Positions 29,356 through 39,517 of a stretch of DNA of 64,000 nucleotides are shown one piece after another; the stretch's first letter is position 1, and each line of letters opens with the position of its first letter. The stretch lies in IMG/VR virus record IMGVR_UViG_3300044701_001985, one strand, 5' to 3'. Under the pieces are notes generated by a model. That model was not told the DNA's origin. It made no database searches and saw only the letters and a program-made list of their open reading frames with translations. This DNA comes from an uncultured virus (IMG/VR IMGVR_UViG_3300044701_001985) (lineage: Duplodnaviria > Heunggongvirae > Uroviricota > Caudoviricetes). A program made the translations under genes and the position numbers.

Positions 29356-29384
29356 TTGACTCCTCCTTTTTTTCTTGCTAGAAT
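29356..29384 (+). promoter_or_regulatory. Sigma70-type promoter overlapping a terminator hairpin
   Basis: TTGACT-N17-TAGAAT. Confidence 0.7.
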
Positions 29385-29405
29385 TATTAGAGAATTGGAG
29401 TACTA

Positions 29406-29714
29406 ATGTCTATAAAACTTATAATGCTAAAGTCCGGAGAAAATATTGTCTCCGAAATAAAGGAAATGGTTTCCGAAAATGATAAAGTAATTGGATATTT
29501 TCTGGAAAAACCATGTACTGTTAATCTTAAGAAAAATGATTCTGAAGAAGATGCATTTAAGATAACTCTCTTCCCTTGGGCTCCTTTAACAAAAACAAAA
29601 CAAATACCTATTCCAAATGATTGGGTTATTACTATCGTAGATCCTATTGATAAGATCTTAGAAATTTATCAGAGGGATATTGTTAATGCAGAAACTGAGG
29701 ATTACTTTGAATGA
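29406..29714 (+). CDS. Hypothetical protein
   Basis: IKLIMLKSGENIVS...LFPWAP; upstream of gp43. Confidence 0.75.
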   Translation: MSIKLIMLKSGENIVSEIKEMVSENDKVIGYFLEKPCTVNLKKNDSEEDAFKITLFPWAPLTKTKQIPIPNDWVITIVDPIDKILEIYQRDIVNAETEDYFE

Positions 29715-29956
29715 CTAAAATAATTGTATTGTTGAATAAAACTTTGTTGATTTCTAAAATTGAAGAAGTTGGATCAGAACTAGGAGAACCAGATTGTAAA
29801 CTTGTAGATCCATATGTTGTCGAAGATAATGGAACAATTTCTCCTTGGCTATTTGAGTATACAACTCAAAATTCTTTTATGATTCATTCCGATAAAATTA
29901 TAACCATTGTAGATCCAAAAAAAGAACTATTGGATAAATATAATTCTTTACTCTAA
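29711..29956 (+). CDS. Hypothetical protein
   Basis: ELGEPDCKLVDP; ATGA-coupled. Confidence 0.75.
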   Translation: MTKIIVLLNKTLLISKIEEVGSELGEPDCKLVDPYVVEDNGTISPWLFEYTTQNSFMIHSDKIITIVDPKKELLDKYNSLL

Positions 29957-29965
29957 TAATATAAA

Positions 29966-30739
29966 ATGAGAGTATTAAGTATTGATATTGATTATATTAT
30001 GGGTCCCACTATAGGACTATATTCTGATATAGGATGGGATGAGTCTTCTGGATATCGATGGGAAAAATTTTTTTCAGAGACCGAATATACCGAAAGTGAT
30101 TTGCATATGGATACTGGAAATTTACTTTTCTGTTATGAAACATTTGTAAAGGCACTTTGCAAATCTGATTGTGAAGTCTTATTTTCATATGATCACGATA
30201 ATATTTTATATTCATTATCTAATCATAATAATTTAGATATAATCAATATCGATCACCATGCGGACATTATATATCCAAAAGTATATGATAATGAAACTTC
30301 TATTTTAAACTCACTAAAAGAGCAATATAAATTAGTATCAAAATATAATAAAGTATCGGAAGGAACTTGGGTTGCTTGGTTGAGATCTAAAAATAAAATA
30401 AATTCTTATACTTGGATTGGTAATAAATCTGGATTTGATTTATTATATGATTGTGAAAAAAATTATCATTCTGGTTTGATTCCAAGATTTAAAATGGTAA
30501 CGAAAGAAGAGTATTCAATAGAAGATTATAGATTTGATCATATATTCGTTTGTTTATCTCCTCAATATATCCCTAAAATCCACTGGCATTATTTTACGAT
30601 GTTTTTGATTGCATATGAGCAAATCAAAAATAAATCTGCTAAGATAGAGGAGTGGGGATCAAAAAAATTTGAAACTGAAGTTCGGCATTCTTTTATAACT
30701 GATGAAATTCTACACAAACGTTCAGCTAATTGGAAATAA
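29966..30739 (+). CDS. Putative metallohydrolase (arginase/UPF0489-like)
   Basis: LSIDIDY, HD, NIDHHAD, CLSPQY metal-binding pattern. Confidence 0.6.
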   Translation: MRVLSIDIDYIMGPTIGLYSDIGWDESSGYRWEKFFSETEYTESDLHMDTGNLLFCYETFVKALCKSDCEVLFSYDHDNILYSLSNHNNLDIINIDHHADIIYPKVYDNETSILNSLKEQYKLVSKYNKVSEGTWVAWLRSKNKINSYTWIGNKSGFDLLYDCEKNYHSGLIPRFKMVTKEEYSIEDYRFDHIFVCLSPQYIPKIHWHYFTMFLIAYEQIKNKSAKIEEWGSKKFETEVRHSFITDEILHKRSANWK

Positions 30740-33197
30740 ATTCCTAGTTCGGGGATATGAAGATGGTAATCGTACAAACTTTAAGGAAGAGTATTATCCA
30801 ACTTTGTATGTTCCGTCAAAAAATAAAACTAAATATCAAACTTTGGATGGCGAATATGTAGATCCTATAAATCCAGGTCTAGTAAAAGAGTGTAGGGAAT
30901 TCTATAAAAAATATGATAGCGTTGATGGATTTAAAATCTATGGTAATGATAGGTATGTAAGTCAATATATTTCGGATAAGTACCCAGAAGATGAAATTAA
31001 ATTTGATATTTCAAAAATCAAACTTATAACAATTGATATTGAGGTTGCCTCTGAAAATGGATTTCCTGATACGGAATCTTGTTCGGAGGAGATTCTAGCA
31101 ATTACCGTTCAAGACTATTCTACGAAAAATATTATAACTTGGGGTAGAAAACCATTTGATGTGAAACAAAGTAATGTTATGTATGTAACATGCCCAACGG
31201 AGTATCAAATTTTATCATCTTTCTTAGAGTGGTGGGAATCAGATACACCTGATATTATAACTGGGTGGAATATTCAATTTTATGATATTCCATATATTTG
31301 CGGAAGACTCGATAAAGTCCTTGGTGAGAAGTATCTCAAAAAAATGTCTCCGTGGGGACTTGTTAATATGAATGAGGTCTTTATAACAGGACGTAAAAAC
31401 ATTGCATATGATATTAGTGGAGTTTCTCAATTAGATTACTTGGATTTGTATAAGAAATTTACTTACAAAGCTCAGGAATCTTATAGACTTGATCATATTG
31501 CCGAAGTTGAACTTGGGCAGAAAAAACTAGATCACTCAGAATTTGATACATTCAAAGATTTTTATACGAATGGATGGCAGAAGTTTGTTGAGTATAACAT
31601 TGTTGACGTGGAACTTGTAGATCGTCTAGAAGACAAGATGAAACTAATTGAGTTGGCTATTACGATGGCTTACGATGCAAAAGTAAATTATACCGACGTA
31701 TTCTATCAAGTACGAATGTGGGATAATATTATCTACAACTATTTGAAAAAAAGAAACATTGTTATCCCACCAAAAGATAAATCTGAAAAAAATGATAAAT
31801 ACGCTGGTGCATATGTTAAAGAACCAAAACCAGGAGTTTATGATTGGGTTGTGAACTTTGACCTAAATTCCCTATACCCGCATCTTATTATGCAATATAA
31901 CATCTCGCCAGAGACACTTTTGGATGAGAGGCATCCTAATGTATCTGTAGATAAAATACTTAACTCTGAAGTTAACTTTGAAATGTATAAGGACTATTCT
32001 GTATGTGCTAATGGGGCAATGTACAGAAAAGATAAGAAAGGATTTCTTCCAGAATTGATGGAAAAAATGTATGCCGAGAGAGTCATCTTTAAAAAAAGAA
32101 TGCTTAAGGCAAAACAAGAATATGAAAAAAATCCAACAAAAGAACTTGAAAAAGAGATTGCTCGATGCAACAACGTTCAAATGGCTAAGAAGATCTCTCT
32201 TAATAGTGCTTATGGTGCCATCGGTAATCAGTATTTTCGCTATTACAAACTTGCAAATGCAGAAGCGATTACCCTTTCTGGACAAGTATCCATTCGGTGG
32301 ATCGAATCTAAAATGAATTCTTATATGAATAAGGTTCTAAAGACGGAGGATGTTGATTATGTTATTGCTTCAGATACTGATTCTATCTACCTTAATATGG
32401 GCCCTTTGGTTGAATGTGTATACAAAGGAAGAGAGAAAACTACTGAGGGCATTGTCTCGTTCCTTGATAAGGTCGCTTCTATGGAACTTGAAAAGTATAT
32501 TGAAAGTTCTTACCAAGAATTGGCTGAGTATGTAAATGCATACGACCAGAAGATGCAGATGAAGCGAGAAAATATTGCTGACCGTGGAATCTGGACTGCT
32601 AAGAAAAGGTACATTCTTAATGTATGGGATAGTGAAGGTGTTCGCTATGAACAACCCAAACTAAAAATCATGGGAATTGAAGCAGTTAAATCATCTACTC
32701 CAGCACCTTGTAGAAAGATGATTAAGGATGCTCTCAAACTTATGATGAGTGGAACTGAAGATGATGTAATCAACTTCATTGATAAATGTAGAACAGAGTT
32801 TAAAACACTTCCTCCAGAATCTATTGCTTTTCCTAGAACAGCATCTGATGTACAAAAGTACAAATCAAGCTCTTCAATTTATGCAAAGGGAACGCCAATT
32901 CATATTAGAGGAGCACTTTTGTTTAATTATCATATCAAACAAAATAAATTGAATAATAAGTATTCTTTAATTCAAAATGGTGAAAAGGTAAAGTTTTGTT
33001 ATTTAAAGAAACCCAATTCTATTCATGAAAATGTAATTTCTTTCATCCAAGATTTTCCAAAGGAATTAAATTTACATCAATATATTGATTACAATACTCA
33101 GTTTGATAAAGCATTTTTAGAACCTTTAAAGATCGTTCTTGACTCTATTGGATGGTCGATTGAAAAAACAAATACATTGGAGTCATTTTTCGTATGA
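30702..33197 (+). CDS. gp43: Family B DNA polymerase
   Basis: DIEV exonuclease, FDLNSLYP, KISLNSAYG, SDTDS, KKRY. Confidence 0.98.
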   Translation: MKFYTNVQLIGNKFLVRGYEDGNRTNFKEEYYPTLYVPSKNKTKYQTLDGEYVDPINPGLVKECREFYKKYDSVDGFKIYGNDRYVSQYISDKYPEDEIKFDISKIKLITIDIEVASENGFPDTESCSEEILAITVQDYSTKNIITWGRKPFDVKQSNVMYVTCPTEYQILSSFLEWWESDTPDIITGWNIQFYDIPYICGRLDKVLGEKYLKKMSPWGLVNMNEVFITGRKNIAYDISGVSQLDYLDLYKKFTYKAQESYRLDHIAEVELGQKKLDHSEFDTFKDFYTNGWQKFVEYNIVDVELVDRLEDKMKLIELAITMAYDAKVNYTDVFYQVRMWDNIIYNYLKKRNIVIPPKDKSEKNDKYAGAYVKEPKPGVYDWVVNFDLNSLYPHLIMQYNISPETLLDERHPNVSVDKILNSEVNFEMYKDYSVCANGAMYRKDKKGFLPELMEKMYAERVIFKKRMLKAKQEYEKNPTKELEKEIARCNNVQMAKKISLNSAYGAIGNQYFRYYKLANAEAITLSGQVSIRWIESKMNSYMNKVLKTEDVDYVIASDTDSIYLNMGPLVECVYKGREKTTEGIVSFLDKVASMELEKYIESSYQELAEYVNAYDQKMQMKRENIADRGIWTAKKRYILNVWDSEGVRYEQPKLKIMGIEAVKSSTPAPCRKMIKDALKLMMSGTEDDVINFIDKCRTEFKTLPPESIAFPRTASDVQKYKSSSSIYAKGTPIHIRGALLFNYHIKQNKLNNKYSLIQNGEKVKFCYLKKPNSIHENVISFIQDFPKELNLHQYIDYNTQFDKAFLEPLKIVLDSIGWSIEKTNTLESFFV

Positions 33198-33916
33198 TGA
33201 TAGACCATATTGGTGATTGTAAGTTTATTACTCCATTTGGACCAACTATTATGGTTCATCAATGTCCAGATGAAATTGTTGAAAAATTAAATGATTATGT
33301 TCATCTTGTGGACGTTAATGAATCGATTAAAAATGTTGTAAGTTCTTTTGAAAAAAATGTTCCAGATTTATTGAATAGAGGTCTTGAAAATGTATTTTTA
33401 TTTTATGATTATTGTGTTGAGTCGGGAATTTGTGAATATATTGAAGAACTATCTGAAATTTATTGCAATACTTTAGACATACCAGGAGAGTATAAACTTT
33501 CTATTTTGGAAAGAAGTGAGAAAGCTTTCCTATTTTCTAAAGACATAAAATATGCCGACTGTTGGGTTAATAGATATAGAAAAGGTGACTACACACCTCT
33601 TCATAAGCATGGTTCTGAATTATCTGGTATTATTTTTCTAAAGATTCCTGATTCCATAAGAGAAATTTCTAAGGATGAGGGCATTTATGAAAAATCAAAT
33701 CTGGGCGGCATATTGCATTTTTCTCATACATTTGATATAGTGGGTAACATATCAACCTGGATTCCCGAACATGAAGAAGGTCTTGTTCTCTTATTCCCTT
33801 CATGGCTACAGCATATAGTTTACCCACAAGTTACTGATGAGGAAAGGAGAACATTTAGTTTTAATCTTATTAGCAAGAGTGATTTTGAATTAAGGAACAA
33901 ACAATTTGAGAGATGA
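33194..33916 (+). CDS. Putative 2OG-Fe(II) oxygenase
   Basis: WVN...HKH...LSGIIF...FPSWLQHIVYP...RRTFSFN. Confidence 0.75.
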   Translation: MMIDHIGDCKFITPFGPTIMVHQCPDEIVEKLNDYVHLVDVNESIKNVVSSFEKNVPDLLNRGLENVFLFYDYCVESGICEYIEELSEIYCNTLDIPGEYKLSILERSEKAFLFSKDIKYADCWVNRYRKGDYTPLHKHGSELSGIIFLKIPDSIREISKDEGIYEKSNLGGILHFSHTFDIVGNISTWIPEHEEGLVLLFPSWLQHIVYPQVTDEERRTFSFNLISKSDFELRNKQFER

Positions 33917-33918
33917 CT

Positions 33919-34926
33919 ATGAATTTTTTAAAAGACATTGTAAAAGAAATTGGTGATGATTTCACTAAACTAGCATCAGACATTGACGAAACAGAGACTT
34001 ATGTTGATACGGGTTCATACATTTTTAATGCACTGGTTTCAGGTAGCATATTTGGTGGTGTATCTGGGAATAAGATTACTGCTATTGCTGGAGAGTCTTC
34101 TACTGGAAAGACTTTTTTCTCTCTCGCCGTGGTTAAGAACTTTCTTGATTCTAATCCCGATGGTTACTGTCTCTACTTTGACACTGAGGCTGCTATCACT
34201 AAATCACTTGTAGAGTCTCGTGGTATTGATACTTCTCGATTAGTTGTTGTTAATGTTGTTACTATCGAAGAGTTTAGAACAAAGGCACTCAAAGCTGTAG
34301 ATATGTATCTAAAGGCACCAATAGAAGAACGCAAACCTTGCATGTTTGTGCTAGACTCTTTAGGAATGCTTTCCACTGAAAAGGAAATCACTGATGCACT
34401 GAACGATAAGCAAGTTCGAGATATGACGAAATCTCAACTTGTTAAAGGTGCTTTCCGAATGCTCACACTTAAACTAGGTCAAGCAAATGTCCCGCTCATT
34501 GTCACAAATCATACATACGATGTCATCGGAGCTTATGTACCAACGAAAGAAATGGGGGGAGGTTCTGGACTCAAATACGCAGCAAGTACGATCATTTATC
34601 TCAGCAAAAAGAAAGAAAAGGATGGAACGGAAGTGGTCGGAAATATTATCAAGGCTAAGACTGCTAAATCGCGTTTGAGTAAGGAGAACAAAGATGTTGA
34701 AGTCCGTCTTTATTATGATGAGCGCGGTCTTGATCGTTACTACGGTCTTCTGGAACTTGGTGAGATTGGTGGACTCTGGAAGAATGTAGCAGGACGCTAT
34801 GAGATTGATGGTAAGAAGATTTATGCTAAGCAGATTCTAAAAGAACCTGAAGTATATTTTACGCCAGAAGTAATGGAACAACTTGATCAAATTGCACGAA
34901 AGGAATTTAGTTATGGAGAAAGTTGA
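33919..34926 (+). CDS. uvsX: RecA-like recombinase
   Basis: GESSTGKT, FDTE, VLDSLGML, MGGGSG. Confidence 0.96.
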   Translation: MNFLKDIVKEIGDDFTKLASDIDETETYVDTGSYIFNALVSGSIFGGVSGNKITAIAGESSTGKTFFSLAVVKNFLDSNPDGYCLYFDTEAAITKSLVESRGIDTSRLVVVNVVTIEEFRTKALKAVDMYLKAPIEERKPCMFVLDSLGMLSTEKEITDALNDKQVRDMTKSQLVKGAFRMLTLKLGQANVPLIVTNHTYDVIGAYVPTKEMGGGSGLKYAASTIIYLSKKKEKDGTEVVGNIIKAKTAKSRLSKENKDVEVRLYYDERGLDRYYGLLELGEIGGLWKNVAGRYEIDGKKIYAKQILKEPEVYFTPEVMEQLDQIARKEFSYGES

Positions 34927-36289
34927 GTTTCTAGTTCTTAGAAACCTTTTAAACAATGAAGCATATGTAAGAAAAGTAATTCCATTTATTAAGTCTGAAT
35001 ATTTTGAAGATCAAAATCAAAAGATTGTATTTGAAGAAATATTAAAATTTGTACATGAATATAATCAACCAGCAACAAAAGAGATTCTCTACATTGAGGT
35101 TGAAAAAAGAACGGATATAAACGAAACTTCTTTCAAAGAAATCACTAAAATTATTAGTTACTTGGATGATGAACCATCTGAGTTTAACTGGTTGGTTAAT
35201 ACTACTGAAAAATGGTGTCGTGATCGCGCTATTTACTTAGCGTTAATGGAGTCAATTCATATTGCAGATGGTAATGATGAAAAGAAAAATCGTGATAGCA
35301 TCCCTTCTATTCTTTCTGATGCTCTTGCTGTAAGTTTTGATACTCACATTGGGCATGATTACTTACAAGATTACGAACAACGATATGAGTCTTATCACAA
35401 AAAGGAGGATAAAATTGAATTTGATCTTGAATACTTTAACAAAATCACGAAAGGTGGTCTCCCTAACAAAACTCTTAACATCGCTCTTGCTGGTACGGGT
35501 GTCGGGAAATCTCTATTCATGTGCCATGTGGCTAGCTCCGTCTTGCTCCAGGGGAGGAACGTTCTGTACATTACGTTGGAAATGGCAGAAGAACGCATTG
35601 CTGAAAGAATTGACGCAAACCTCTTGAATGTACCTATTCAAGATATTGTAGATCTTCCTAAGCAGATGTTTGAGAATAAGGTGACTAATATTTCTAAGAA
35701 GACACAAGGAACTCTTATAATTAAGGAATACCCAACAGCGTCTGCTCATGCTGGACATTTCAAATCACTTCTTAATGAACTTGCACTTAAGAAGTCATTT
35801 AGACCTGATATTATCTTTATTGATTATCTTAATATTTGTTCTTCCTCTAGGTATAGGGGAAATAGTAACATCAATTCTTATACTTTCGTTAAAGCAATCG
35901 CAGAAGAACTCAGGGGACTTGCTGTTGAATTCAACGTACCAATTGTATCAGCCACTCAAACTACACGTTCTGGTTATGGTAGCTCTGACGTTGAACTTAC
36001 TGATACTTCTGAATCCTTTGGGCTTCCTGCTACTGCCGATCTTATGTTTGCTCTTATTAGCACTGAAGAGTTGGAAGATCTCGGACAGATACTTGTAAAA
36101 CAACTTAAGAATCGTTATAATGACCCAACCATCTATAAGAGATTTGTCGTTGGAATTGATCGTGCTAAGATGAGACTCTACGATTGTGAGCAATCAGCAC
36201 AAAATAATATACTTGACTCTGGAAACGATGACGAGTATGATTATGAAGAAAGAAAACCTAAGAAATCATTTGAGGGATTTAAGTTTTGA
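34913..36289 (+). CDS. gp41: Replicative DNA helicase
   Basis: AGTGVGKS, ITLEM, IDYLN, SATQTTR, QLKNRY. Confidence 0.97.
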   Translation: MEKVEFLVLRNLLNNEAYVRKVIPFIKSEYFEDQNQKIVFEEILKFVHEYNQPATKEILYIEVEKRTDINETSFKEITKIISYLDDEPSEFNWLVNTTEKWCRDRAIYLALMESIHIADGNDEKKNRDSIPSILSDALAVSFDTHIGHDYLQDYEQRYESYHKKEDKIEFDLEYFNKITKGGLPNKTLNIALAGTGVGKSLFMCHVASSVLLQGRNVLYITLEMAEERIAERIDANLLNVPIQDIVDLPKQMFENKVTNISKKTQGTLIIKEYPTASAHAGHFKSLLNELALKKSFRPDIIFIDYLNICSSSRYRGNSNINSYTFVKAIAEELRGLAVEFNVPIVSATQTTRSGYGSSDVELTDTSESFGLPATADLMFALISTEELEDLGQILVKQLKNRYNDPTIYKRFVVGIDRAKMRLYDCEQSAQNNILDSGNDDEYDYEERKPKKSFEGFKF

Positions 36290-36597
36290 AGTATAGATCA
36301 GAAGATTACTTTTCGGTTATTGAAATAAAAACTGGTAGAAAAATTTGCGATTGTGCTGATGAACTTGATGCTCTAATGATGGTTTCATTTGATCCTACTA
36401 ATAGGACAATTACTAGAAATCAATTTCTTATGGGACAAGTTGTAGATATTGAAATTCAAAAGCAACTTCCAACTTCAAATATTTCAGTTTCTACTACTAA
36501 AGAAGGTGAATGTACTACCAGGAAAAAGCAATTGGAAGACATTACACCCAATAAACTGCCACAATCTAATCTAGAACCACTTAATTTAAAACTATGA
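36286..36597 (+). CDS. Hypothetical protein
   Basis: TTG start overlapping the gp41 stop; fills the gap to mazG. Confidence 0.55.
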   Translation: MKYRSEDYFSVIEIKTGRKICDCADELDALMMVSFDPTNRTITRNQFLMGQVVDIEIQKQLPTSNISVSTTKEGECTTRKKQLEDITPNKLPQSNLEPLNLKL

Positions 36598-36998
36598 CTA
36601 TTGATCTTAATAAGTATGTCGAGTTCGTTAATACCACTACCTCTAATCCTAGCAAAGACCACACATCTTTCATCAATCGTCTCATGGAACTTCGAGAACA
36701 GGAGTTTCCTTCCGAGCGATTGCTTACTGCTGCTGTAGGTATGTCCGCAGAAGCAGGTGAGTTTACTGAGATTGTAAAAAAGATCGTCTTTCAAGGTAAA
36801 CCTGTAAATCAAGAAAATCTGTTTCACCTAAAACGTGAACTTGGGGACATTATGTGGTATGTTTCTCAGGCATGTATTGGACTTGATATTTCACTTGAAG
36901 AAGTAATTCAAATGAACTTTGAGAAACTAACTGCTCGCTATCCTGATGGTGCATTTAGTATTGAACGTTCTGAAAATCGTAAGGATGGTGATCTATGA
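36594..36998 (+). CDS. mazG: MazG-like NTP pyrophosphohydrolase
   Basis: EAGEFTEIVKK, RELGDIMWY, KLTARYP. Confidence 0.92.
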   Translation: MTIDLNKYVEFVNTTTSNPSKDHTSFINRLMELREQEFPSERLLTAAVGMSAEAGEFTEIVKKIVFQGKPVNQENLFHLKRELGDIMWYVSQACIGLDISLEEVIQMNFEKLTARYPDGAFSIERSENRKDGDL

Positions 36999-37168
36999 GT
37001 AAAGTAAAACTGGAAATGGATGTTCGTTCTGCTGCTGCAGTTCGACAAGTTCTATTCGAAGCACAAAAAGGATATACTAATAATATTGATACTACTCCAA
37101 TTCGTATCTTTGAGATCCGCGAGGTAATTGCTGATCTGGATGATGCAATTAGTCAAGTAGTTGAGTGA
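36995..37168 (+). CDS. 57 aa hypothetical (not in the ORF track)
   Basis: MSKVKLEMDVRSAAAVRQVLF...; ATGA-coupled to mazG and ends at the terminator. Confidence 0.7.
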   Translation: MSKVKLEMDVRSAAAVRQVLFEAQKGYTNNIDTTPIRIFEIREVIADLDDAISQVVE

Positions 37169-37198
37169 CCCTTCGGGGTCTTTTTTTTTTTATAAATA
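37167..37198 (+). terminator. Terminator abutting a TATAAATA late promoter
   Basis: GACCC-TTCG-GGGTC plus T run; TATAAATA at 37191-37198. Confidence 0.85.
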
Positions 37199-37218
37199 AC
37201 TAAAAAGTATTTTAAAAA

Positions 37219-38085
37219 ATGGATATCAATAATCTTAAAGGATTGATGGAAGCATATCAGCAAGTCAATGCTCCTCAAGAAGTTGATGAGGCAACTGCAA
37301 TGGCGAAGCGTGGTCATGATGAAACTGCGATTCGCAATAAGATTGCTAAGTCAACTGGTGGCGGTAAGTCTGCAGATAGAGCAACTGCACTTGAGAATAG
37401 ACCAACTTATGGTGATGATAAGAAGGCAAAGGCAAGGCAAGAACTTGCGAGAAAGCAAAGAGGTGACTTCCGCAAGACAACTTCATCATCTCCTGGTCTT
37501 CACGGTTATGCTCACAAGTCTGATGATCCTGCAGTAAAAGCAAAGCAAGCAGCAAGAGGAGCACAAAGAGGTGCTCTAACCCCAGCAGAGAAAAAGCAAC
37601 TCAATAGAGAAGAGTTTGATATTTTTGATACTGTTTTAGAATTTCTTTGTGTAGAAGGATATGCAGAAACTCTAGAGGAAGCAGAGTGGATCATGGCAAA
37701 TGAATTGGATGCTGAAGATATCGAAGAGATTCTTGAAGCAGAAGGTTCTTATGGACAAACTCCCAAAGCAAAAGCAGCAATGAGCAAACTTGCTATTGGT
37801 AGAATGCGTAAACCTGCAACTGAGTATTCCCAAAAGGGTGAAAAAACTAAAAAAGTAAAGGCAGCAGAAAAGCATACAAGAAGACAGGAAACCCTAAGTC
37901 AAGGTAAGTCTGGTGGTAAGAAATCTTCTAGACCTTGGGCTGCTAGAGGTAAGATGGATGCTGATGAGAGGGCAGAAAGAAGGGCTGAGCGTGCCTTTGA
38001 TGGGGAGAATACATATGGAGCTGGTTCAGTCACTAAGAACCCCAAGAAACTCCGTAAGCAAAAAGCAATGGGTGAGCACGACTGA
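37219..38085 (+). CDS. K/A/E-rich modular protein, probable internal head protein
   Basis: Late promoter; basic blocks separated by hydrophobic-x-E sites; shares a 15-aa module with 40707..43265. Confidence 0.7.
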   Translation: MDINNLKGLMEAYQQVNAPQEVDEATAMAKRGHDETAIRNKIAKSTGGGKSADRATALENRPTYGDDKKAKARQELARKQRGDFRKTTSSSPGLHGYAHKSDDPAVKAKQAARGAQRGALTPAEKKQLNREEFDIFDTVLEFLCVEGYAETLEEAEWIMANELDAEDIEEILEAEGSYGQTPKAKAAMSKLAIGRMRKPATEYSQKGEKTKKVKAAEKHTRRQETLSQGKSGGKKSSRPWAARGKMDADERAERRAERAFDGENTYGAGSVTKNPKKLRKQKAMGEHD

Positions 38086-38114
38086 TAAATAATCAGGGAA
38101 GTTGGATCAACCCC

Positions 38115-38143
38115 TTGACTTTTTAGTTGAGGGGTTTTATACT
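38115..38143 (+). promoter_or_regulatory. Sigma70-type promoter for tRNA-Ala
   Basis: TTGACT-N17-TATACT inside an AACCCCT/AGGGGTT inverted repeat. Confidence 0.7.
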
Positions 38144-38206
38144 ATATAATGATAGAGGTTAAGTCCCTGTTATATCCTTATGAGGTATATCACACTTAAT
38201 CCATCT

Positions 38207-38279
38207 GGGGGATTAGCTCAGTTGGTAGAGCACCTGCTTTGCAAGTAGGGAGTCAGGAGTTCGAGTCTCCTATTCTCCA
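38207..38279 (+). tRNA. tRNA-Ala(UGC)
   Basis: Full cloverleaf, TTTGCAA anticodon loop, G3:U70, TTCGA T-loop. Confidence 0.95.
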
Positions 38280-38310
38280 TTCTAAATACTTGAAAGAGTA
38301 ATATTCAAAA

Positions 38311-39486
38311 ATGGCTACAAGTGCTATAGAGACTGCTAAGCAAGAGAACGGTTCTAGAGTATTCTTTGAAAGTGTAATAGAACGTAATACAGAACCATCT
38401 GATGCGGAAATGTTGAAAGTTTATGATGGTTATAATGCAGAATGGAAAGAAACATATAGAAAACAAGCTGCTGCTTTAAAATCTTTTCTTGGTAGCAATA
38501 AGGGGTATGAATATTCTAGAGATTCTGGGATAATGCCTTATATTGAGGGAATTGCTAAAACTGACTGTGGAGTTAGTGTTAAGGATAGATGGAATCCAAT
38601 GGATATTGTTATGGTTAAAAAAAGTATGAAGAGAACTATTGAGGGAACAATAAGAGAACTTACTAATATAGATGGTATGAATAAACCAGCTAGGTTAGTT
38701 TTATTAAATGCTTATATGAGAGAGGCACTTGAAGATAAAATTCTTATAGGAGTTTCTCTAAAAGCTATAGCAAAAAATAAAAGAACCGCAAGTGTTGAAC
38801 TTGCAAATATGGGAGGATCTGCTGGAGCAAGAGCGCATATTGATTTAGTTCCTGGGTCTATAAAATGTACATTAACTCTTGGGAAAAAAGCGAATTATTT
38901 GTTTGATACTGGAGAGTTGGGATTTGATTTGCAGACGGAATCTGGTGGAAAGATTCATGGTCAATCTAGAAACTTTCAGTACTCTAAAGAAAGAAACCTA
39001 GTACAAACTGATTTAACTCCAAAAGGAAAAGATTCTGGTGCAAAACTTGGTAAAGTCTCTAGTGTTGCTTTAGACCAATTCTTAAGTGATATTGGATTGA
39101 CTAGACCAACTTCTGCCGCTAAGCATCCGCATATTCCTGCCGTAGGATCTTGGACTGATGCTGATAAAAAATATTGGATAGACCTTTATAATAAACTCAA
39201 AAATAATAATATGATAGACTTTGGTGAAATATCAGTATATCAAAATGGTAAAAAAATTGGAGATACCTTCGAACAAATTTTAGAAAATGCAATAATTTAT
39301 GAAACGGGAAAAGCGGATAGAAGTTCTGCCGGAAGATTTTCATCTAAATTAATTGCTATGGAATGGGCAAACACTTGGGTTGAAATTTCAAAAAAAGGTA
39401 AAATGTCTGATTGGTGTACTGTTCTTTATTATGGAGCAAAAAAAGAATTCTCGCAAAAGAATGGTCCATTTCTAAAGATTTACTAA
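38311..39486 (+). CDS. Putative PD-(D/E)xK-like endonuclease
   Basis: DRWNPMDIVMV...LIGVSLK pattern. Confidence 0.5.
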   Translation: MATSAIETAKQENGSRVFFESVIERNTEPSDAEMLKVYDGYNAEWKETYRKQAAALKSFLGSNKGYEYSRDSGIMPYIEGIAKTDCGVSVKDRWNPMDIVMVKKSMKRTIEGTIRELTNIDGMNKPARLVLLNAYMREALEDKILIGVSLKAIAKNKRTASVELANMGGSAGARAHIDLVPGSIKCTLTLGKKANYLFDTGELGFDLQTESGGKIHGQSRNFQYSKERNLVQTDLTPKGKDSGAKLGKVSSVALDQFLSDIGLTRPTSAAKHPHIPAVGSWTDADKKYWIDLYNKLKNNNMIDFGEISVYQNGKKIGDTFEQILENAIIYETGKADRSSAGRFSSKLIAMEWANTWVEISKKGKMSDWCTVLYYGAKKEFSQKNGPFLKIY

Positions 39487-39517
39487 ACAAATAAATATAA
39501 GTATATCAAAACACAGT

